A stretch of 64,000 nucleotides of DNA from Octopus vulgaris. Lineage: Eukaryota. Location: the NCBI GenBank assembly GCA_951406725.2, contig OX597815.1, positions 117,056,001 through 117,120,000 on the forward strand. Reading direction: 5' to 3'. The notes beneath the pieces are model-generated. The model worked only from the letters and a program-made list of their open reading frames with translations, was not told the DNA's origin and ran no database searches. Shown piece after piece: positions 1 to 11,469 of this stretch; the stretch's first letter is position 1, and every line of letters starts with the position of its first letter. The translations under genes were made by a program, and so were the position numbers.

Positions 1-249
1 TTACAACACAGCCACACCTCTGCTATTGTAATTGTGTATGAGTGACATGCTGAGAAAAAGTGGGAGAAAATAGATGTAACAAGGAAATTAATTTAGAGAA
101 GAAGCATCATCATCATGATCATCAACTTAGGCCACTGATTGTAGATAATGTGTTAAGCATTATTAACAACAACAATGACAACAACAGTAATAAACTATAA
201 CTAGACAAACGGTTTTGAATATAAATTGTCCCTGATAAAGAATGTCACT

Positions 250-552
250 AAAATAATTTTCCATCACCATCCGAACGTGGCTGATGCCAGCGCCACCTTG
301 ACTAGATTCCATACTGGTGGCACGTAAAAGGCACCAACTGATCATGGCTGTTGCCAGCCTCCCCTGGCACCTATGCCGGTGGCACATAAAGAGCACCCAC
401 TACACTCATGGAGAGGTTGGCGTTAGGAAAGGCATCCAGCTGTAGAAACACTGCCAGATCAGACTGGAGCCTGGTGCAGCCTCCTGGCTTCCCAGACCCC
501 GGTCAAACAGTCCAACCTATGCTAGCATGGAAAACGGATGTTAAACAATGAT
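250..552 (+). mobile_element. RTE LINE 3' tail or RTE-mobilised SINE fragment
   Basis: GTGGCAC(G/A)TAAA units followed by GGCGTTAGGAAAGGCATCCAGCTGTAGAAAC...GCATGGAAAACGGATGTTAAACAATGATG, the same tail that ends the RTE ORF copy at 11470-12655. Confidence 0.8.
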
Positions 553-1389
553 GTGTATTCAGATTGAAATCAATAATGGTAGAGAAAAGAACTGTAACTA
601 ATAAAATGATGAGAAAGCTGAATGATAACATCTCTGAACTTCCACATAGTATAAGAAAGTGTTTGTATGATTTACAGTGAAGGTGTAGTACAGCTTTGTA
701 ATACAGGACAGCTCGACAGCTTAAGAGATAATCTACTGCAAGCATGGACAAGTAGTTATAAGTTGTTATAATAGCATTATAATGGTGTATGAGTTATTGT
801 AATAGTGTATGAGTGACATGCTGGGAAAAAGTGGGAGAAAGAGATGTAACAAGGATCTCTATTTAGAGATGAGGCATTGTCATTATCATCATCATCATCC
901 TTATCATCAACTTTATCACCAAGGTTTCACTGTCCATTATCCATAATGGCATTTGTTGTTACTGATGCTATAAATGTCCATTTCTTATTAAGGGACAAAT
1001 ATAGTCACAAAGATTCAAATAATTAAAAACGAATTTTTTCTCAATGTTTGACCAGAATTTTGATATACTTCACAAAATGTTGAAACTGAGATAGATATAT
1101 CAAGTTTTCTAAATGGATTTAAATGCACAACGCAAAATGTGTTGATATCAGCTCATTAAACTTTCAAAATATATAAAATAAAATCAACATCTTGCGAGAG
1201 ATTTCCTTTTTCCCATTCTATATTACAAGATTCTAATTTGAAAGCCAGTCATATTTTGATATATTAAAAAGGTCCTTCTACATTGATCAGTGCTTGGAGT
1301 GATTAAATTTGTTTACTTATTTTTGCTGTTGGTGGCATAAAAAATACACCCAGTGAACACCGTAAACTGTTTTTCCTTAGGAAGGGTGT

Positions 1390-1935
1390 CATCATTATCA
1401 TTGTTTAACGTCCACTTTCCATGCTGGCATGGGTTGGATGGTTTGACTGAGGACTGGCAAGCTGGGAGGCTGCACCAGGCTCCAATCTGATCTGGCAAGG
1501 TTTCTACAGTTGAATGCCCTTCCTAACACCAACCACTCTAAGAGTATAGTGGATGCTTTTTATGTGCCACTGGCACAAGAGCCAGTTAGGTGACACTGGT
1601 ATTGACCATGTTCGAATGGTGCTTTTTACATGCCAGTCAGGTAACACTGGCAATGGTCACGCTCAAATGGTGCTTTTTACATGCCAGTCAGGTGGCACTG
1701 GCATTGGCTACACTTGAACAGTGCTTTTTACATACCACTGGAACAGATGGCAGTCAGGTGGCATTGACATCAGCCACAGCAACGATTTCACTTTGTTCAA
1801 CTGGTTCAATAACGATTTTACTTTGTTCACAAGCAAGGCATATTGCCTGATGATTGAAGGGTGCTTTTAAATGGGCCAGTTATGTGATACTGGCATTGGC
1901 TACAGCTACAATCTCAGTTGGCTTGCTGGCGTCTA
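1390..1935 (-). mobile_element. RTE 3' tail copy with several tandem subunits
   Basis: Reverse complement of the RTE tail (CATTGTTTAACGTCCACTTTCCATGCTGGCATGGGTTGG) with repeated GGTGCTTTTTACATGCCA units. Confidence 0.8.
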
Positions 1936-3096
1936 GCCATATAAATATACTAAAACTGATACTGGAGTTTCATATAGCTCTGCGACTCAACGGATCCTAT
2001 TAAGCCATCCAGCCCATGCCAGCGTGGTAAACAGATTTTAAATGATTATGATGATGTATTTGGTAGGGCCTTTCTTTGGCAAGGTCTTTTTCTGATGTTC
2101 ACTTATAATGGGTAAAAAAAAAGGGAATGAATATTATATTATTTTGAAACATCAGCCTTCTGTATATGGTGTATTCTTAGATAAATCTTTTCATACAAAT
2201 TTGATAGTATCTTACCAAAGAAACTAGTTTTTCATTTATAATTTTCCTCATGGAATCATGTTTAGGGGAGAAACAACCCATGCCAGCATGGAAAGCGGAT
2301 GTTAAACAATGATGATGATGACTGTATAAAAACAGTAACATTGGTTTCAAATTTTGGCACAAGGCTAGCAATTGCAGGATTTGGGGGTAGGTTGATTACA
2401 TCAACCCCAGTGCTCAACTGGTACTTATTTTATTCTTTTCTGCTCTAGGCACAAGGCCTGACATTTTGGGGGAGGGGGCCCAGTCGATTAGATTCACCCC
2501 AGTATGCAACTGGTACTTATTTTATTGACTCCAAAAGGATAAAATGCAAAGTTAACCTCAGTGGAATTTGAATTCAGAACAAAGATGGATGAAATGCCAC
2601 TAAGCATTTTGCCTGGCATGCTAATGCTTCTGCTAGCTTACTAAGTCGATCACATCGACTCCAGTTTACAGCTGGTACCTATTTTATCGACCCTGAAGAC
2701 ATAAAAGGTAAAGTCAACCTTGGAAGAATTTGAATTCAGAACATGACAGATGAAATGCCATGAAGAATTTTGCTCAGCATGCTAATGCTTCTGCTAACTA
2801 ACTGCTTTATATATGAAGAGTAATATAGAGTGGTAATTAACCATATGTTCACAAACATGTAAACTGAACGCTGTTTCACTTGAAATGTCAACATTTCTAT
2901 TATTTTGATAATAGTAGAGTCAAATTAGTATTTTCTAAAAAGCCACTACTTTTTCTGAATTACTTCATCTATTAGCTTGTATTTGCTGAACTAATTGCTA
3001 ATCATTTCCTATCTTTCAGAATCCTTTTATATAGGATAATTTGACATTTAAGACTAGTTGTTAATTTGTTCTGAGCAGAAAGTGGAGTCACTTTCA

Positions 3097-3325
3097 GCGG
3101 CGAGCTGGCAGAGACGTTAGCACGCCGGGCGAAATGCTTAGCAGTATTTCGTCTGCCGTTACGTTCTGAGTTCAAATTCCGCCGAGGTCGACTTTGCCTT
3201 TCATCCTTTCGGGGTCGATAAATTAAGTACCAGTTACGCACTGGGATCGATGTAATCGACTTAATCCTTTTGTCTGTCCTCTCTATGTTTAGCCCTTTGT
3301 GGGCAATAAAAAAAAAGAAAGAAAA
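3097..3325 (+). mobile_element. Young tRNA-derived SINE with Meta-like central domain and ~20-bp TSD
   Basis: tRNA-like head with B-box-like GAGTTCAAATTCC, central CTTTCATCCTTTCGGGGTCGATAAATTAAGTACCA, A-rich tail. Flanked by AGAAAGTGGAGTC(A/C)CTTTCAG at 3077-3097 and 3326-3346. CpGs are retained. Confidence 0.85.
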
Positions 3326-3505
3326 AGAAAGTGGAGTCCCTTTCAGTATCGTACAAATTATATCTTTATATATATATATATATATATAGCTGTTTTATGT
3401 GTTCATTAGTTTCAAATTGAGTTCATACTATCCATTGCCATTTTTTAAATTAATTATCTATTTCTCAGTTCAATTCGTGTAAGGTATTTAGGTAGATGTA
3501 TCACT

Positions 3506-5300
3506 TAGCCCAGTGAAGGCATGTAGCCTACTGGTCAGGTGTGTCGCTCAGTTGTGTATGTTTTAAGCAACTCAAATTACGATTTTGCTAAAGTTAAAAA
3601 AAAGGGGTCCACACTTTCTGTAATTTTTTAGCTTTTACTTTTTCGAGATTTTTTTTCCTCACGATCAGAATTTCTTTATGCATAGCCGTAAAACAACACA
3701 CAGGCAAAGAAATTACGGTTTTTAACACAGATAATTTCCGACTCTATTCTATAAGGACATCACTCACACACACGTGTGAATTGAATACGTGTGTGCATAT
3801 AACAGTAAATGACGGAAGGGATGTAACTCTTCGCCAAATTTCTACACAGTCCCATTGCTGGGAATAGTGTGGTCTGCTATGACAAAAATTTGACTTCTGT
3901 GAAAATTTTGTATCGATTTTTTCCAACATGAACTTTTGGCCACGATATTCTCCACGGATCACAAAAAGTGATGTTTTCATTTTTTTAATCTGCCATTTCA
4001 CATATACGGCAACGATAATAAAATAGTTGCCAAAAAAAAGTCAATTATTTGATAACTTTAATATATTCACAAAGGGTAATATAAGATCTCAAATAGTGTT
4101 TTTAGCATCAAGGAATTCAAATTTAACACTTTCAAATATAAAACAGCTGCCATTTACAAAATAGAGTACATTTCATAATGAATATGATCTCTAATCTATT
4201 TTGGATCTTTACCTCTAGGATATATATATATATAGTGAAATAAACTATTTGAAACTTTTACTAATGAACTGTGATTTGTCCCTATGAAGGACCTGGATGT
4301 TTTTCAAATTTTCTTTACAGGATATGCAAACTGATACCAAAAAACAAAAAGAATATGCATAATCATTCTAACATGACAGTCAGGATTTCTAGTCATTAAT
4401 TCACTCTGAAAATATCTAATCGTATCATACTAATCAGTGTCATTTTATGAAATCCCATGGTTGTATCCCATTCCATAAATATGATTTAACATCCTATCAG
4501 TCTGTCTATGTAACATCAGCATCATCAAAAATCATTGGTGAATCTGATTTATCACAGTGATCCCTATCTGCTTCAGAATGGTACAATTCTGTAGAAACCA
4601 GATTATTTCTTTTTACAGCTACACCATGCCCTACAGTTGCTTGATTAATCTAAAGAGATTGTCCAGGGCAGGAGTATCCACAATGAGAACTGCCTCAAAT
4701 CCATATGTGCCTTTCTTCCAACCAAGAGTCAAAGGGTCAAAAATTACAGGGTTTGGTAACTGTTTATTTCCAAATGTGGCACTGATGATGTGTTCTAAGA
4801 ACGTGTTGATGAACAGCACCTTTGGTTGGAGATAACCTCTCAGTTCCCTTGTTAGCTTTCAGATGTCTAAACAAATGCCATCGTAGTTCTTTCGCTTTAG
4901 AACACTGAGCTAGTTTGATAGTAAATAGATCACGAACATTTCTCACAGCCCCTATGAACATACTCTGTTGGTGTATCACCAATGCCTAAATTTGAAAGTG
5001 CTTTGATTACACCATCTTCTGCATTCATAAATGTATTGAAGCAAGTCTCTTTCCCTTTATCAAGAATATGACCAGTGGTGTCACAGCCTGTTATGGCATG
5101 CATTCCAAAGAGAGCTGCTGTTTTCTCAGGCCCTAGTTTGGCAAAAATTGGTTCAAGTTTAATCCTTTCTCCAGTGCCCATAATCATGGCTGTTTGGGGA
5201 CTTAGATAAGGAAACACAGAAAGCGCAAGAATGAGAACATCAGTTTGAAGAATATATGTCCACATTTAATCCCGTCTTGTGTAATTCTGCTACATATAAA
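3506..5300 (-). mobile_element. Degenerate AcademX-type DNA transposon, 3' part (XPG-like nuclease and Cys-rich end)
   Basis: Frameshifted minus-strand ORFs at 5265-4560 give TDVLILAL..HAITGCDTTG..GK, LSPTKGAVHQHVLRTHHQCHIWK and DPLTLGWKK, typical of the Academ XPG/H3TH region. Candidate TAGCCCAGTG terminus at 3506. Boundaries are approximate. Confidence 0.65.
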
Positions 5301-5720
5301 ATAATTGGTGAACCATCACAACACACCCATCTGTTTATTTTTCTACAGAAACCCACGTTTTTGGCTATGGAGATTCCGAATGTATAAAAAAATTGGTATT
5401 TCAAAATTTCAATTTCCCCCTACCCTCCAATTTCTTCATTTTTCACTTTTTTCAAAAGTTTTTTTGGCGAAATACGTGGAAAAATACGGAGAAGACCTGC
5501 TTCCAATTCACCTGAATGAACACTATAACTTCCGGTAAGTGTAAAGTCGCAGAAAACTCACAATATTTCGTATTATATTTCAAATGAATATTGACTGAAA
5601 CAAAAGTCCTAAAATATAAATTAAATTTTTATAAATGTTATAAAATGCATACTAAAGTATATTTTCTCAATTTTAGTTATCATTTATTTCACATCCGGTT
5701 TTGTGTGCACGGCTCTTCTG

Positions 5721-5768
5721 GTTCCTTTTCATACAAGTCTTTCATTGGAACGTTTGCTAAACGTAAGT
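5721..5768 (+). promoter_or_regulatory. RPL28: Probable RPL28 TCT/5'TOP start and non-coding exon 1 (about 5725-5762)
   Basis: Pyrimidine run TTCCTTTTC, then ~38 nt without ATG, then the donor AC|GTAAGT at 5763. ETS-like ACTTCCGG (5528) and ACATCCGG (5691) lie upstream. The first coding exon is preceded by an acceptor, so an upstream exon is required. Confidence 0.6.
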
Positions 5769-6608
5769 GCTCGTATTTAATATCCACTCCTTCAATGTTA
5801 ATATTAATTAATATAATTTAACCATGTATATAAATTATCGTTTTTTGTTTGTTAATGTCTACTTTACTATTTATCTTTGGAATTTTATGCTATATATTAA
5901 TATATATATGTGTGTCTCTCTCTATATCTGTGCCACATGGGCTTAACTTCATCATGGCGGTTCTGCCAAACAGCTAATACTTGGATAAAATTAAAACTGT
6001 CACATCTAAAGATTTTCCCCCAACTTCGAGTTTTATTAAATAATAAGTATTGAAGTTCAAATACATCATTATAGGCATTAACAAATTCTTTTTTGTTTCT
6101 GATTATGAATGGTTCACAATTTCTATATCATAATTTTTACGTTAATTACTATATTTGATGACATAAGATGCACTTTTACCCCTCCAAAGAAATGTCTCTG
6201 GACGTCACTCCGGGTCCTTTATACGAAATTGAGTCTCACTTTAATGTACTAAAAACATTTTTCTGAATACGCGTTACTGAAATCGGGTTGTGTCTTTTAT
6301 ACCTTCAAATACGGCATATAAGGTCACAAATGGAAGTATAAGTGCGTAAGTGTGATCCCTTATTCGAATTGCTGGTCATCCCGATTCAAATTACAAATAG
6401 TTCTTAAACAGGAGAGATATTTCAGTTTTAAGTACTACTGTTCATGAAGCAGAGCAAGTGTAGAATAATGCTTTTGTGGTTGTTTCATTCGTACTGTTTT
6501 TGTTAATTATAGAATGAAAATTAAACATCTTACAATCACGGGTTAAATTGTTCTGAGCACGTGCAAGCATGCAAAACACAATGTCACAGCATAGTTAAAT
6601 CATACACT

Positions 6609-7149
6609 GGCATTCCTTCGATATAACTCGACAAAATCAAAACATTTCACTTCGGGTATTTCCGTGGAAGCAAATTACAGTTCAATTCTGTTTTCTGCTT
6701 GAAAATTCGCGGATTTTACATACACGGCAATCTTTCGTCTCTAGTAGACCTTTCCGTCGATTTCCGTAAAAAAATTATTTTTTTTTACATATGGGCTTGC
6801 GGGAACTTTTGAAGTAATGAGAGCGAAAGAGACTAAGAGAAAGCGATTGTATGACGAGGGAAGTTCTTTTGAAGTTACCGTGCATGGGAGCATTGATGTA
6901 CATGTGTGTGTTTGATGGGGTGTGGGAGACAGACAGTATGTTGTGTAATCGACGGAAAGGTCTACTAGAGTCGAAAGATCGCCACATACACACATGAAAC
7001 AGGTAAGAACAAATATGCAAGGGTTTTTTTTTCTTCAAGTTTAAAACGAGACATTGCTGGCATAATTTCGTTATATCTATACTCCACAACCCACGGAAAT
7101 ACCCGAAGTGAAATGTTTTGATTTTGTCGAGTTAAATAGAAGGAATGCC
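6609..7149. mobile_element. Merlin-type MITE (outer), 59-bp TIRs
   Basis: TIR GGCATTCCTTCGATATAACTCGACAAAATCAAAACATTTCACTTCGGGTATTTCCGTGG at 6609-6667, inverted at 7091-7149. TSD CATACACT/CATACACC. Confidence 0.8.
6726..6983. mobile_element. Second Merlin-type MITE nested in the first
   Basis: 37-bp TIRs (6726-6762 and 6947-6983), GG..CC ends, perfect 8-bp TSD ACATACAC at 6718-6725 and 6984-6991. Confidence 0.8.
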
Positions 7150-8519
7150 CATACACCTTGTAAGTAATGAGCAGTTGTTGACTATGTTTAAATAATGATA
7201 ATATACACAAGTTCAAATCCTGCCGAAGTAAACGAAATGACGTACTAGTTTAATACTTGGGTCGATGATATCGGCCAGCTCCACTGCTGATCTTGCACCT
7301 AAATCAAAAACCATATTAAATATGGTTTCGACTCCCAATGGAAGCGCCAGAACCGTCGCAAATATAAAGATGAATTTTGTGACTCATTGCGGCTTAAATT
7401 CCCTTTTGCGATTCTGCAAAATCGTTCAACTTGCATGCCTCATACACTGATGTCTTCTATTTGATTGACTGTAGCCTACTAATGCAAATTTGGAACTCTT
7501 TCTGCGTCATTACATTTTAGATTGAAGTCTAATTTGTTCTTTAATTGAATGAATTCTGGTCCATTATGTAGTACTACCGTCATTGGAATTCCTAATGCTT
7601 TAGTTTTACTGAGCTCCTAGTTCAAGTTACTAAGTCAGCTCTGCTGACATATTTCTAACATTTAGTATCCCCAATTCATATTATTCCCTAGGGTTGTGAT
7701 AGGGATCGTAAAAGGGAAGTGGGGCTTTTACATCTGATTTTAACACCTGTTGAGGATCTGGTAAATTTTATAGAATCTCTATATGAGGCCAAAATCTGAA
7801 GAGATTTTTCTCATCTTCAGTGTTTGGTAGTACTCTTAGGCATGTCAATAAATAGCTTGGTTTTATTAAAAAAATATCAACTATCAGTTTGCAGTAATGT
7901 ATTGCAAAGTTTAATGTACAAACCAGTGATGTTTTTTCAGTTTAGGAACACTAACATGTTAGATATTACCTATTAGATTTATATGATAGTTTGAGCCCAT
8001 CTTAAAAATACCCACAGAAACCTAAGAAAAGTACAAGATTAAAGCATATGTTTGGATTAATTGATACATTGGTTCCTTTGAGAGTAGCAATAACAGTTTT
8101 CTTTTTGTTCTTAGTAGATACTAAGGTGTAATATCAAATTTCTTCCAGTGTTTGAAAATGGAGTTTTTTTGAGACCTATTTGAAGTAAAATCTAAATTAA
8201 CCCTCAAAAGTTTGTGTTAACTTGTTTAAAACACCATAATAACGACAGTTATTATAGAACTTAATTTCAAAACTAATTAGCATATTTTCAACATAAATAT
8301 AAAAAGGGTGATTACTGTAAGATATCAGGTAATTTATTATAGAAAAGCAAATTTCTATTATTCCAGTCTTAGTTCTGTAACAGTCTTTAATTAGTTAATT
8401 ATATTTCTGTGAAAATGCATTTCAGTTTGTGGGATGCTTAAAATATTGTGTGTTATGGTCTTGTCACCCGCATTATAAGTCAGGTAGTTCATGGAGTCGT
8501 ACCCATTGACTGGTGTAGT

Positions 8520-10066
8520 AGCACCATAGTCAACTGCTACTAGGGAAAAGGTTATGCTTTAGATATAAATAACTACAGGGGTATGAAATTATTGGATCAG
8601 ATGATGAAAGTTACAGAGAGGGTCATAGCCTAACTAATTAGGGAGAAAGCCTAGATGCGATGTAGTTTGGTTTTGTGCCACTGATGCTATATTTCTGGTT
8701 AGGCAACTGCAGGAGAAATACTTAGGCAAAGATAAACCTTTGTACTTGGCTTTTGTTGACTTGGAGAAAGCCTTTGACAGGGTACCGCAATCCCTTATCT
8801 AGTGGTCAATGCAGAAACTGAGGATAGATGAGTGACTGGTAAGAGCTGTACAGGGATGCTATCAGTAAGGTGAGGGTTTGCAATGAGTATAGAGAATTCC
8901 GAGAAGTAGGGGTTCACCAAGGATCAGTTTTCAGCCCCCTCTTATTCATTATAGTCCTCCGGGCAATAACAGGAATTCAAGGCAGGCTGCCCATGGGAGC
9001 TTCTCTAGGGTTTGGAAGCAAGGTCTAGAATCGAAGGACCTTAGGGTTAACCTAGCCAAAACCAAAGTCTTAGTAAGTAGGAAGGCTGTCAAATCACTAT
9101 CCCCTTCATGTAGATGGTCCTGCTCAATCTGAAGAAAAGGTGTGAGTAGAAACTTCATACGATGTATCTGGTGTAAGTTATGGACACATAAAAGGTGTAG
9201 CAATATCAAAGGAAGGTTAACCAGGAAAATAGTTTTTGTGTGTGGCAGATGCACAGAGGCAATAAACACTGAAGATGTACAGAAAACAGATTCCATCACA
9301 AGCTAGGGGGAGAAACTAGTAGTTAATAGCTTCCACTACCTAGGCGACCAAATCTGTCGTGGGGGGTGGTTGCTCTGAGAGTGTAGCAACTAGAGTAAGA
9401 ATAGGCTGGGCAAAGTTCAAGGAGCTACTACCCCTGCTGGTGAACTGCCATGCTACACGGCAATAAAACATGGGCTGTGAATACTGAGGACCTGTGTAGG
9501 CTTGAAAAAAATGAAGCTAGTATGATCTGCTGGTTGTGTAATGTCAGTGTGCATACATGACAGTAAACGCCCTGAGAGAAAAGTTGGGCATAAGAAGCAT
9601 CAAATGTGTACAAGAGAGACGACTGCACTGGTATGGTCTTGTGTTACATATAAGGATGGGCGGAGACAGGCTGTTTGAGAAAACCTGGCAACTAAAGTGA
9701 GATTGCAGTGACGCATGTCCAGCTCTGTTAAGAACACCCTGATGTGTTGGGTGATATAATATGCTTGAGAAGACCTGCTGAGTCAAGTAAAACCAACATC
9801 GTAGCTGTGGCCAGACTGGCTCCTGTGCCAGTAGCACGTAAAAAGCACCATTTGAATGTGATCGATACCCCCTGGCTGGCCTCTGTGCCGATGGCATGTA
9901 AAAAGCACGCACTGCACTCTGAGTGGTTGGCGTCAGGAAGGGCATTCAGCTGTTGAAACATTGCCAGAAAAGATTGGAGCCTGGTGCAGCTGCTGGCTCT
10001 CCAGACCTCAGTCAAACCGTCCAACCCATGCCAGCATGGAAAACGGACGTTAAACGATGATGATAA
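8520..10066 (+). mobile_element. Decayed RTE LINE (RT, Cys/His-rich segment, 3' tail) in RPL28 intron 1
   Basis: Translates to FVDLEKAFDRVP, GVHQGSVFSPLLFII and WSCSI*RKGV..CIWCKLWTHKRC, with stops and deletions. Ends in AACGGACGTTAAACGATGATGAT. Confidence 0.85.
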
Positions 10067-10253
10067 TGAAATGAAGATTTTTTTTATAAACTTGTGTGTT
10101 GTGTTTTTTGCTAGTATTTTAGCATTATGATTTCTAATCTTAAACCACTTTAAGATTGCTTTCAGTATTGTGCTTGACTTGGTTTATGTAAATGTTCATT
10201 GATATTCTATATAACAGCAAATCTCAATTTTCATCTTTTGTTCAGAATCCAAT

Positions 10254-10334
10254 ATGTCGGCTGACTTACTATGGATGATTGTCAGGAATAATAATTCTTT
10301 CCTTGTCAAACGAAATGGTCTCTGGCTTAGCAAA
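10254..10334 (+). CDS. RPL28: 60S ribosomal protein L28 (eL28), coding exon 1
   Basis: Acceptor TTCAG at 10245, ATG at 10254, MSADLLWMIVRNNNSFLVKRNGLWLSK, donor GTAAGT. Confidence 0.95.
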
Positions 10335-10936
10335 GTAAGTAACAACATATATAAATCCTGGACTCTTTATGTTGACTGATACAGCAGGATTTTTTTTTTT
10401 TTTTTTTTGCATAAAGGAAGGAATGCAGCAATCTAAAACTTGCGTCGTAAATAAACTCCAGGAATGTGAGAAGTATTAATGGCAACCCTAAGCTTATAAT
10501 ATGCAATGTTTGAGACAGTATTGATATCATCTTAAACAACTGTCAGTTTCCATTTAGAGCAAACAACTTGTGTTGTGAGCATGATAGAATGCATTCTGTC
10601 CATACTGTAAACTGGTTAACAATATGTAGAGTATTTGGTGTCAAAGAAAAATCCCACAACATACACAATAATTAGGGGTTTCTCTGTTAAGTCAGGTGAT
10701 AAAATGTCAGCATATGATGTTTTGCAATTGTTCTGTGAGTTGCCCCAAATCCTAGTCATTTAGTAAATTGCACTATTCACTATTATGGTAATCTGAATTC
10801 TACATTCTGGTTTGAAATTACATAATAAAGAACATTTTCCAATGACTAGTTGCTCATATCAGCTATTAATTGAGAATAAGATATATAACAATTACATTTT
10901 GTACACCATTAATTTTCAACTAATTTTTCTTAACAG

Positions 10937-11060
10937 GAGCCAAACAACTTGAAAGGACGTCATTGTTTCCGTTACAGTGGTCTTGTCCACAAAAAAACCA
11001 TTGGGGTTGAGCCATGCAAAGATGGCAAAGGAGTTGTATACGTTACACGACGGTCTAGAA
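10937..11060 (+). CDS. RPL28: RPL28 coding exon 2
   Basis: [41 protein letters not shown] between AG and GT, ending in phase 1. Confidence 0.96.
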
Positions 11061-11469
11061 GTAAGTATTGTTTTTGTTTTTTGCATTGTATGCTTCAGAG
11101 AAGAATTTTTCCTGTCATTGATTTCAACTTTGACTTGTAATAGACACTCTTGTAAACAGGATTCTTTCAGTTTTCATCTACCGTATCCACTCATAAGGCA
11201 GCTGTAAAATAGTTTTATATAGAAGTGTACACATGTGGAATTTCTTGTGTTGGTCAGCAAGTTTCATTTTAACTTTCTTTCTGAGTTGCATCATTATCAG
11301 CTTGCAAAAGTGGTTTTAATCTCTTCCACACTGGTTTTGAACTAATATTACCTTGCTAAAACAGATAAAAAGGAACAGCTGCTTTGTAGTTTGCTCTGCA
11401 ACATATCACTTGACAGTATGGTAGTGTATTCATTTTTAAAATTACAACAAAATGTCTTCAAAATTATTT

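Noticed and set aside
2177-2371. Possible minus-strand exon (MRKIINEKLVSL|GTAAG)
   Set aside because: No good acceptor, no recognisable homology and no partner exons; the ORF overlaps an RTE tail.
10560-10895. snoRNA-like hairpins in RPL28 intron (TGTGTTGTG/CACAACATA and CTAGTCATT/AATGACTAG)
   Set aside because: The stems are real, but box spacing and overall size do not fit C/D or H/ACA models; chance pairing is likely.
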